Shown here: one piece after another, positions 39,201 to 51,200 of the stretch | Layout of the letters: the number at the start of each line of letters is the position of its first letter | Position numbering within the stretch: position 1 is the first letter of the stretch | Source of the DNA: Chiloscyllium plagiosum | Taxonomy: Eukaryota | Direction: 5' to 3' | NCBI RefSeq assembly: GCF_004010195.1 | Contig: NC_057719.1 | Coordinates: 88,005,352-88,069,351 of the forward strand | DNA length: 64,000 nt | Translations under genes and position numbers: made by a program | The notes under the pieces: model-generated | The model's input: only the letters and a program-made list of their open reading frames with translations | The model's database searches: none | Told to the model about the DNA's origin: nothing

Positions 39201-42200
39201 ATGGCTGGTGACTTTGCAAATGGAAGTGTCACAGCAATGCAAATAATGGTTTTCAGGAGTTTGGTGTTCTCTGATATTACTTTGGAGGTTTGGGTAATAT
39301 TGTACAGAATCACTTGAAGCTTCAGCTGATACACTGCTCTCTAAGTATACAGAAGCCTTCTCTTCAAACTGATCACTGAGATCATGTTCATGTTGTTGCC
39401 CTTGTTGAGCCACTTTGTCTTGTCCTTGCAGATTGTGAAAGAAAAGGACCGATTCAGGAAAGCTCCTTCCAATTACGCTATGAAAAAGACGCAGCTTATG
39501 AAAGAAAAAGTGAGTGACAATATCCAAATGAAGATTTGTATACATTTGTTTTTTTGTACATTGGCCAAGGGGAGGGAAAATGTTTCAGGGGGGCATAAGC
39601 CAAAATCCAGATTGGTGTTTCAGCTGGAGAGGTTTGATTAGATTAGATTACTTACAGAGTGGAAACAGGCCCTTCGGCCCAACAAGTCCACACTGCCCCG
39701 CCGAAGCACAACCCACCCATACCCCTACATTTACCCCTTTCGCTAACACTACGGGCAATTTAGCATGGCCAATTCACCTGACCTGCACATCTTTGGACTG
39801 TGGGAGGAAACCAGAGCACCCGGGGGAAACCCACGCAGACACGGGGAGAACGTGCAAACTCCACACAGTCAGTCGCCTGAGGCGGGAATTGAACCCGAGT
39901 CTCTGGCGCTGTGAGGCAGCAGTGCTAACTACTGTGCCACCCACACGGTGCTTAGCCTGAGAGGAGAATAAGGCTAACAAGGTCAACATAAGGGAATAAA
40001 TTGTTTTTAAAAAAAAATTTAAAATCTTTGTGTGGAGGTGGAAAACTCTGCAGATTAGGGTTTAAGGAGTGGAAAAGAGATACAGGCCTTCCAAGCCAAG
40101 TATTGTTATCAGGTATATTGAGGTTAGGTGCTGTGCTAATTGCAGTGGGTACACAAATAATTTAGTCTTAATTTTGAAGTAATACAGTACCTTTCTATTT
40201 TTAGATTTCCGTTATAAATTCCTACTTTCTAACGTGTATTCATTATCCATACCTATATTACAGTGCATTACATTTAAAGCCTGTTTTTAATCTGTGCAGC
40301 TCACCCCTACCTGTTTTTACACCATCTTCTAATCTCTCACCACTTCCTACTTTGCTGTCTTGATTGTGTCCTTACTTTTCTTCTCTGGAACTCGCTCCTA
40401 AAACCTGCATTATTTCCGTTTCTTTCTCATCTTTTCATAGCCCATCTTTCTAACCTGATATTCCAGTCCTGTCTTGATTTCTTGCCCTTTGGCTTTCAGA
40501 AGAGAAAGCGAGGACTGCAGATGCTGGAGATCAGAGTCGTGAGTGTGGTGCTGGAAAAGCACAGCAGGTCAGGCAGCATCCGAAGAGCAGGAGAGTCGAA
40601 ATTTCGGGCGTGAGCTCTTCATTAGGAATGAGGCTTGTGGCCTGGAGGCTGAGAGATAAATGGGAGGGCGTGGAGTTGGGGGAAAGGTAGCTGGGAATGC
40701 GATAGGTAGATGAAGGTGGAGGAGAACGTGATAGATCAGAGAGGATGGTGGAATGGATAGATGAAAAAGGTGATGGCAGGTCAAGAGGGCGGTGCCGAGT
40801 TCTAGGCTTGGGACTGGGATAATGTTGGGGGAGGGGAAATAAGGAAACTGGTGAAATCCACATTGATCCCTTGTGGTTGCAAGGTCCCAAGACGAAATAT
40901 GAGGCCATCTTCCTCCAGGTGTCAGGTGATAAGGGTTTGTTGATAGAGGAGGCCCAGGACCTGTATGTCCTTGGCAGAGTGGGAGGGGGAGTTGAAGTGT
41001 TCAGCCACGGAGCAGTAGGGTTGGCAGATGTCCCAGAGATGTTCTCTGAAATGATTCGCAAGTTGGACTCCTGTCTCCCCGATGTAGAGGAGACCACATC
41101 AGGTGCAACGGATACAGTAGATGACATTGATGGAGGTACAGGTAATTTCTGTCGGATGTGGAAGGATCCTTGGGCGACTTGGACTCAGGTGACGGGAGTG
41201 GTGTGGGTGCAGGTTTTGCACTTCCTGTGCCAGGAGTGGGGTGTGGGCTGGTGGGGGGGCATGGATCTGACGAAGGACTCGCAGAGGGAATGGTCTCTCC
41301 GGATGCCAACTTGCGGATCGTTTCAGAGAACGCCTCGAGGACAGCTGCCCCAACCAACCCTACCGCCCCATGGCTTAATACTTCAACTCCCTCTTCCACT
41401 CCGCCAAGGAAATACGGTCACCTGGGCCACCTCTATCAGCAAACCTTTCCCACCCGACATCTGGAAGAAGGATGTCTCATCTTCCGCCTTGGGACCCTGC
41501 AACCACACGGGATCAATGTGGGTTTCACCAGTTTCCTCATTCTCCACCTCCCCCCTACGTTATCCCAGTCCCAAGCCTCCGACTCTGCACCGCCCTCCTG
41601 ACCTGCCCATCACCTTTTTCATCTATCTGCTCAACCCACCTCTCCGACTTATCACATTCTCTCACACCTTCACCTACCTATCGCATTCTCAGCTACCTTG
41701 CTCTCCCTCCCCCCCCCCTCCCCCCAAAACCACTTATTTATCTTTCAGTCCTCCCGGCCCACAAGCCTTATTCCTGATGAAGGGTTCATGCCCGAAACCT
41801 CGATTCTCCTGCTCCTCAGATACTGCCTGATCTGCTGTGCTTTTCCAGTGCCATGCTCTCGACCCTTTGGCTTTTGTCCCCACTCCCCTGAAACTTCTAC
41901 CTGTGCAGGACATTTTGAAAATGGAAGTTGTCATTTTGCATTAAGTCTGTGAAGTTTCTGTATTGGCAGAGTCTGTAACAAATGAACACTATTTAAAACT
42001 CATGAAATGATGGCCCCTCCCCCCTCTATCCCTTCACATTTTGGATGACAAACTGATTTAGCTGGAGGCTGAACTGTACTTAATGAGGGGTGAACGGAGT
42101 AGCTTCAATACTCCCATGTAAAAGTTGTGTTGGTAGCGGAGGTTTCTATCAAGATTCGCTGCATGTCAGGTGGCTTGTGAGAGGTTCTCTTTCTTTTTTA

Positions 42201-45200
42201 TGGCCTGCTTTTGTGTGTTGCCACATCCCGTTAGTACTGTCTCACTGGTTCTGGGTAAGCTGCATATACTTATGTACAGGAAACCACCAAGCACTGCAGC
42301 CAGGCTTTCTCAAAGGTATTTCTAAATCCGAAACCCTTGCCTCTCCATGTTCTATCTCTGCCCAAGATTGTGGCTCCTCATTACTAAGGAGTCCAAACCT
42401 CTGTCACAGATGTTCTGCAGTTTCATACATCTGCCCACTGCTTACAGGTACTACTCCCTGTGTTAGATACTTGCGTATAACTTCCTGGGGGTGGACACTG
42501 GAGATGGGGGCCAGTTGGAAAGTAATGCAAAGAAAATAAAAGATAGTCTTAACCTCTATTGTTAACCTCTATTGGTGGATTGGCTGTGCTATTGTTGCTA
42601 TCTTTAAACTTTTATCCTGATATTTTGGAAAAAACTATTTTTTTTCTAAGTTGTACGTGACAGCCAAGACGTATCAACACTATCAGTGACTCAAGCTGAA
42701 GGGCCGAATACAAACCTATTAAATCAGGTCAAATCATGGGAGATGAGCTGTTTGGGAAACTGGCCAAGGAAATGGGCTGTTCCAGTCCAAAATATATTTG
42801 TGTTATACCGTTTTTGTTGGAAAACAGCTGTCTGAGACTCATCTCCTTATGACAAGTTCAGTTTGTCGAATGGAATTCTTAAATTCCAATGAGCTTAATA
42901 AACAAGCTTTATCTGCAAGGAATGTCAACAAAATCCAAAAACACACTGCAGTCAGGTCAGTTAGAACATAGAACATAGAAGAATACAGCGCAGTACAGGC
43001 CCTTCGGCCCTCGATGTTGCGCCGATCCAAGCCCACCAACCTACACTAGCCCACTATCCCCCACTATCCTTGCAGTTGTACTGCAAGAAAGTTCCCAATT
43101 TGTAGATTTTGGGATTTGTTCAAGTTCATTCAATCCCTGGAAAGGTTGTCAAATTGCAAAGAATTATCAGTTCTTAAAAACTAATGTTTCCGTTCCTTTC
43201 ACTGCAGATGTTAGTTTAAATGTTTTGCACAGAGTATGTGTTCCCTCAAATAGGGGCATCTCGTGAGCAGCTTGCACATCTACACATCTGTGCAATGTTT
43301 TTGTGAAAAACACATAGATGTTCATTTTGGAGCCTAGCTCAAGGGAAGCTGAAGCCAGACTGTTGAAGTGAGCTTGACCTTTGGAGAGGTGAGGGTACAG
43401 CCTACCGATCAGCCAACCTCTCACTGTGACCCCCAAGACCTTTGGTTTACCCATCTGATGTTGCTTTGTGCTGTCCTGCCTAGTGTTTTTGGTTGGGTAG
43501 CTGTGTGCTACTTTCCTGTCAATTTTAAAGTTCAGCTCTTGTGCTGGGCCTGCCTTTAGCTTGGGTTGTTACAGTGTACTGGTACCCAATATCTTCACTC
43601 TAGTAATACCTCATTCCCTCCTTTTCACTTCAGGCAATGGCAGAAGAAGCGGGTGAACCAGATAAAGCACGACAAATCCAGGATCAGCTGAACGAACTAG
43701 AAGAACGGGCAGAGGCCCTTGACAGACTTCGCACCAAAAACATCTCTGCCATCAGGTATGCCTTTCATAACTTCAGAATGTCCCAGATGTGCATGGCTAT
43801 TATGTAGGAAATATGGCTGCTAATATTATACAGCAAGCTGTCTCAAACACATTAAATAAATGACCAGATAATGTTTCAGTAATGCTGAATAAGAAATGTT
43901 TGCTAGTTATGGCAAACAGAAGAGACTTCTCCTTTTCAAATACTGTTGTGATCCTTTGCGTTCACCTCAGTAGGTAAAAATAGGGCTGTAGTTTTAATGC
44001 ATCTTCAATTACAGCACCTCTTAACAGTGCAGCACTCACTCACTGCTGTGGTGTCAGCTAGGTTTGCTTTCTTCTAGTTTGTTCTAGAGATTTGGCAAGA
44101 CCCAGAGATGATTGCCCATCCCTAATTCTCCTTGGGTTTGTGGTGGTGCTGAGCTGCTGCCTTGAACCAGTGCAGTCCTTGTCGTGAAAAATTCTAAGAC
44201 TTTAACCCAGCAACAGTGAAGTTCTCAGTTGCTTTGTCTTGGATAGTGTTGAGCCTTAAGTCATAGAGTCAGAGATGTACAGCATGGGAATAGACCCTTC
44301 GGTCCAACCCGTCCATGCCGATCAGATATCCCAACCCAATTCTGTCCCACCTGCCAGCACCTCCATATCCCTCCAATCCCTTCCTGTTCATATACCCATC
44401 CAAATGCCTCTTAAATGTTGCAATTGTGCCAGTCTCCACCACTTCCTGTGGCAGCTCATTCCAAGCCCGTACCACCCTCTGCGTGAAAAGGGCAACCAGA
44501 AGAGACTTCTCCTTTTCAAATAATGTTGTGATCCTGGTTGCCCTTAGGTCTCTTTTATATCTTTCCCCTCTCGCCCCGAGTGCTGGTGAAGCAGGCCAAA
44601 AGGTAATATTCTGTCACACTCCTGACATGTGCTTTGGAGGGTATTGCAGACACTTTGGGAGTAAGGAGGTGAGACACTTGCCACAGAATTCAGTCTCACC
44701 AGCTGTTGTATCCATAGTATTCATGTAGCTTGTAGAGTTCAGCCGAGGATGTCAACACTTGCAGTGGTAGTGCAAGTGAAAATCAAGGCATAGTGGTTTG
44801 AATCTCTGTTGGGGATGGTCATTGTCAGGCACTTATGACAGTGTTAATTGTCGCTTGTCAACCCAAGCCTGAACATTGTAAAGGTGAAGTTTATGCAGGC
44901 ACAGTCTGCTTCACTAGTTGATGAATTGTGAATGATACTGAACATTGCAATCATCTTAAAATAATCCCCCCCCCAGCTAACCCAAAGATAAAGGGATGAT
45001 CACTGATGAAGCAGCTAATTCTGGTTGTGCCAAGGACACTGCCCCAAGGAACTTGTGCAGTGATGTCCTTGAGTTTAGATTGTTAGCACAAAGAAGCTGG
45101 ACATGACTCCAGCCAGTGGAGTATGTTCCCCCTGATTATCATGGATTTCAATTTACCTAGCTGCTTTGATGTCATGTGCAAATAGGCTCCCCTCACCTGA

Positions 45201-48200
45201 TCAAGATTTTGGCACAAGACCCAAACCACAGCCCTTTGAACTCAGTGGAAAGTGTTGGCTGCACTGGGAGAAAATCACTTAGAAACCCAGGTAAATAGTG
45301 CGGTGAGGAAGGCATATGGCGTACTGGCTTTTATTGGTAGAGGAATTGAGTTCCGGAGTCCTGAGGTCATGATGCAGTTGTATAAGACTCTGGTGCGGCC
45401 GCATCTGGAATATTGTGTGCAGTTTTGGTCGCCATACTATAGGAAGGATGTGGAGGCACTGGAACGGGTGCAGAGGAGGTTTACCAGGATGTTGCCTGGT
45501 ATGGAAGGAAGATCGTATGAGGAAAGACTGAGACACTTGGGGCTGTTTTCATTAGAGAAAAGAAGGTTTAGGGGTGACTTGATTGAGGTGTACAAGATGA
45601 TTAGGGGGTTAGATAGGGTTGACAGTGTGAACCTTTTCCCGCGTATGGAGTCGGGTATTACAAGGGGGCATAGCTTTAAATTAAGGGGGGGTAGATATAG
45701 GACTGAAGTTAGGGGTAGGTTCTTCACTCAGCGAGTCGTAAGTTCATGGAATGCCCTGCCAGCAGCAGTGGTGGACTCTCCCTCTTTATGGGCATTTAAG
45801 CGGGCATTGGATAGGTATATGGAGGATAGTGGGTTAGTATAGGTTAGGTGGGCTTGGATCAGCGCAACATCGAGGGCCAAAGGGCCTGTACTGCGCTGTA
45901 TTCTTCTATATTCTATATTCTATAAACAAAGTTGTCTTGGGTTTCCAAATACTCTCTGGGCAGCTGAGGCTTATAGAACGATAAAGACTTAGGTTGTATC
46001 TCTTTGCCTTTGTTGAGTTAGTAGAACTCCATGCTAAATTTTAGTATAAATCTGTGACTGCTTTCCATGCTGGTCGCTGTCTGCTTTTGCTGGGGAGATC
46101 TGTGGAATTGGCAGGAAACTGACAGTAATGTCCTTGCTCAGATTTATTTAACTCGTCAGCTGTCTAATATACTGTTCTGTGACCAAGACTAGCACCATAA
46201 CATCAGGACAATATATTTAGGATGAAAGGAGAGAATGAATTAGTGTTAAGAATTCAGTCTTTTATATGACTGGTGTTGTATCCAGTTGTCCAGATTATAA
46301 ATTTCTGTGCCCATTTATATTGGGATTACTTATTTAAAGTTGTCACTTTGATGATTATAATCTCACACTGAGTAGTAGTGCAATCGTTTTAGTCTTATGT
46401 AAAATTCTGATGCAGCTGGCTGTTTGGTCCATCATGTTTGTGTTTGAGCTTTGAAAGAGCTTAGCTTCACTGTCTTGCCCAGTAATGCTGCAGCTTGTTT
46501 CGTTTCAAGTTCACTTCTGAAAGTTGTTATTGAATCTAGTTCTAACACCCCTACAGCAAATTATGTAATTTGCTTGAATTAAATATCCTCTCATCCCCCA
46601 GTTTTTTTTAATCCCCTAACTCCTCGACATGTTTTGGAGAAAAGCTTCTATGTTCCAGCTTCTTAAATTGTCATTTTGTCCAAGTAATCTACAAGGTATA
46701 TAAGGTATGGATTTTAAAATGGGAATTGAATTGCATCTGTGTGCTCTGATAGAATTATTTCTAGCCTTCTGACCTGATCCTCTATCCCTTTTTCACCATA
46801 GATTGCACCTGATCTTGTGTCCTGTGTAAAATGCCATGATATAGGAGATATGTGGACAGGAGGATTTGTGAGATGGTTCGTAAGGAAGAATGTACATGCA
46901 TGTCTGGGAACAGCAGCTTAAGAGTTAATATTGTAACAGGTGTTCATAGCAGATTCACAGGATTGCATAGTGTGTGCATCATGGCAACAGGTTATTCGAC
47001 CTAACCAATGCTGGTGTTCGTGTTCCAGTGGAACCTCTGCCCCAATGTTTCTCAGCCAAATCTACCACCATAGCCATCTGCTTTTATCTCTGGTATGTTT
47101 GTTTCATTTAGACTTGAATGCATCTGTATGATTCACTTCACCTGTGATCGTGAGTTGCAAATTCTCACCAGATATTTTAAAAATTGTTTGAATTTGCTAT
47201 GGGATTTCTTGATTGTCTTATACTTGTCTTGTGGACTTTGCTAGGGACATGTTTAAAAAGATTCTTTAACCTTGCAGATTGAATGTCTTCTGAAGGACAA
47301 TGAGGGTTCTGTGCTGGTAGAGTTAGGCTAGCTGCAAGGTAGGTGGAGAGAATAGAATAAACTGCTTTACCTTGCTTTTGTAGATCTCATGAAAGCATTT
47401 AACGCTGACATCAAGGCAAGACTCTGCATGATATTGTAGAAAATTTGGAGTCTACCAAAGTTCCATTGTCGTGAATGAAGTATGAGTTTTTTTTTTAAAT
47501 TCGGTCGTGGAACGTGGGCATTGCTGGCTGGTCAGCGTTTATTGCCCTCTGTAGTTGCCCTTGAGAAGGTGCTGGTGAGCTGCCTCTTTGAATTCCTGCA
47601 GGTAGATTCACAATGCCCATAAAGTTCCGGAACTTTGATCCAGTGACAGTGAAGGAACAGCAATATATTTCAGAGTCAGGGTGATGTATGGCTTGGAAGG
47701 GAGCTTACAGGTGGTGCAATTTCTCTGTATCTGCTGCACTTTCACTAGTTGGAAGTGGTCAGGATTTGGAAAGTGTTGTCTAAGGATCTTTGAATTTCTG
47801 CAGTACATGTTGTAGATAGGACATACTGCAACTGGTGGTGGAGGGAGTGGATGCTTGTGGTGTCAGTCAAGTGGGCTGCTCTGTCTTGGATGGTGTCAAA
47901 CTTCTGGAGTGTTGATGCTGCACCCATCCAGACAAGTGGGAGTATTCCATCACACTCTTGAATTGTGCCTTGGAGACAGTGGGTAGGCTTTGGGGAGTTA
48001 AGTGAGTTACTCACTACAGTATTCCTGCAGGAGTTGCAAATGGTGCTGAACATTGTGCGATTATTGACAAACATTCCTACTTCTGACCTTATGATGGAGG
48101 GAAGTCTCAAATGAAACAGCTGAAGATGGTTGGGCCTAGGACACTACCCTGAGGAACTCTTGCAGAGATATCCTGGAGCTGAAGTGACTGACTTTCAACA

Positions 48201-51200
48201 ACTACAATTATCTTCCGATGTGACAGGTTTGACTACAACTAGTGGAGAATTTGCCCCCGATATCCATTCATTCCAGTTTTACTCGAGCTCTTTGATGCCA
48301 CATTCAGTTGAATGTGGCCTTGCTGTCAAAGGCTGTCACACTCCCCACACCTCTTGAATTTAGCTCTTTTGTCTCTATTTGTAACAATCCTGTAATGAAG
48401 TCAGGAGCTGAGTGGCCCTGGTGGAACCCAAACTGGGCGTCACTACTTGATCACATCTTCCATCACTTCACTGATTAGAATAGACTGATGGGTGGTAATT
48501 GGCTGGGTTGGATTTTTCTGCTTTTTGCGTAGAAGGCATATCGAGGCAATGTCTGAGATAGATGTCAGTGATGTAACTGTATTGGAAGAGCTTGGATAGG
48601 AGAACAGCACTTTCTGGAGCATATGTCTTTAGTACCATTGCTGGAATGTTGTCAGGCCCCATAGCCTTTACAGTGTTCACTGTCTCCAACTGTGTTTTGG
48701 TATCACATGGAGTGAATTGAATTGGCAGAAGTCTGGCATCTGTGATAACTGGAGGAGGCTGAGATGGATCATTCATTCCACACTTAGAATCAGAGTCACG
48801 GTGACAGGCCTTTTAGTCCAAACTGGTCCATGCTGACCAAAATGTCCATCAACGCTAACCCTATTTCCCTGCATTTGGCCCATATCCTTCTAAACCTTGC
48901 CTATCCATTATTTGTCCAGATACCTTTTTAGATGTTATTATAATGTACCTGCCTCAAACACTTCTTTTAGCGGCTCATTCCATATGTGTACTACCCTCTG
49001 TGTAAACAAAAATTCCCCCGCAGGTTCCCTTTATATTCTTTTCCCCCTAACTTAAACTGATACCCTCTAGTCCTGAATTCCCCAATCCTAGTAAAAAGAC
49101 TGAGTGCGTTAACCCTATCCATGCTTCATGATCTTATAAACCTCTATAAGGGTCCCCCCCTCAGTCTCCTATGCTCTAAAGAAAAATGTCCTAGCTTGTC
49201 CAACCTCTCTCATGAACTCAGACCATTGGATCCAGGCAATATTCTTGTAAATTTTGTCTGCACTCTTTCCAGTTTAATAACATCCTTCCTATAGCAAGGT
49301 GACCAAAACTGAACATAATACTCCCAAGTGCAAGGTCACCAATGTCCTGTATAACTGCAACATAAATTCCCAATGTCTGCACTCAATGCCCTGACTGAAG
49401 GCCAGTGTGCCAAAGCATCCTTCACTATCCTATCTACCTGTGACTCCAATGAACTGTGAACCTGAACTCCAAGGTCCTTCTGTTCCACCAACTTGAGGCC
49501 CTACTATTCACCATGAATCTCCTCCCTTGATTTGACTTTCCAAAATGAAAGACCTCACACTTATCTATATTAAACTCCATTTTTCATTTCCCAGCCCACT
49601 TCCCCAGCTGATGAAGGACCTGCTGCAATTTCTGATAACGTTCCATGTCCATGATGCCTTTTATTGTAGTGTCATCAGCAAACTTAGTATTCATGCATTG
49701 TATATGCTAATCCAAATCATTGATCTAGATAACAAACAGTAACTGGCTCTTCTGGCTGAAGATCACTGTGTATCGTATGCACTGCCTTATCTTCTGTACT
49801 GTATTGAGATTATATGCACAGTACTATACAATCAAAGTAAAGAATAAAGTGAAACAGGGAGAAAGTGAGGACTGCAGACGCTGGAGATCAGTTGTTTTTT
49901 TTAGATTAGATTAGATTACTTACAGTGTGGAAACAGGCCCTTCGGCCCAACAAGTCCACACCGACCCGCCGAAGCGCAACCCACCCATACCCCTACATTT
50001 ACCCCTTTAACCTAACACTACGGGCAATTTAGCATGGCCAATTCACCTGACCCGCACATCTTTGGACTGTGGGAGGAAACCGGAGCACCCGGAGGAAACC
50101 CACGCAGACACGGGGAGAACGTGCAAACTCCACACAGTCAGTCGCCTGAGTCGGGAATTGAACCCGGGTCTCTGGCGCTGTGAGGCAGCAGTGCTAACCA
50201 CTGTGCCACCGTGCCGCCCACGTGGTGCTGGAAAATTGCAGCAGGTCAGGCAGCATCCAAGGAGCGGGAGGATCGATGTTTCAGGCATAAGCCCTTCATC
50301 AGAAATGAGGCTGGGGGGCTGAGAGATAAATGGGAGGGGGAGTGGGGTTGGGGTTCACGGACAATGAGGTTGGAGGCTGTGGATGGGAGATCCCCAGAGT
50401 TAATGAGGTTGTGGATAGTCTGGGAGATGGTTTCGTGATGGGAGATGAGGTCGTGGTCGAGGATGCGATAGGAGGTTTGAGTGTTGGCGCCTGGCTTCAG
50501 TGGTGTTAGAGGTCAGTGTGCCAGAGAACCAAACCGCAATCTTCAACCTCATTGTCCGTGAACCCTGCACCACCCAATTCTACCTCCTACCAAAGATTCA
50601 CAAACCTGACTTCCCTGGTCGACCCATTGTCTCAGTCTGCGCCTGAACTCATCTGTGCCTACCTTGACAACTGTCCTGTCTCTCCACCTACATTCGGGAC
50701 ACCATCCATGCCCTTCACCTCCAAGATTTTTGTTTCCCGGCCCAAATGCTTCATCTTCACAATGGACAACCAGTCCCTGTACACATTGATCTGCCATGGC
50801 AAGAGCCTCCAAGTCCTCCGTTACATCCTCATACGGCGAGCCAACCTGTACCCTTCCACCGACACCTTCATCCGCCTGGCTGAACTGGTCCTCGCCCTTA
50901 ACAACTTCTCCTTCCAATCCTCCCACTTTCTCCAAACCAAAGGGGTAGCCATGGGACCTCCCTCTTTGTCAGGTACATAGAACAGTCCATCTTCCGCAGT
51001 TACACCGGCTCCACCCCCAACCTGTTCCTCTGCTATATCGATGACTGTATTGGTGCCAACTCGTGCTCCCACGAGGAGGTTGAACACTTCATCAACTTTA
51101 CCAACATCTTCTATCCCGACTTCAAATTCACCTGAACCATCTCTGAAACCACCCGCCTCTTCCTGGACCTTTCCATCTCTATCTCTGGCAACCAACTAAC

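Noticed and set aside
40871..41830. 319-aa ORF (and the 309-aa ORF at 51393-52322) as novel genes
   Set aside because: Both lie in Penelope-like remnants. The first spans the inversion junction, and both read off-frame or antisense transposon sequence with low-complexity composition.
45252..45842. 196-aa ORF as a host gene
   Set aside because: It is the C-terminal part of CR1 ORF2 in a 5'-truncated insertion, lacking endonuclease and RT core.
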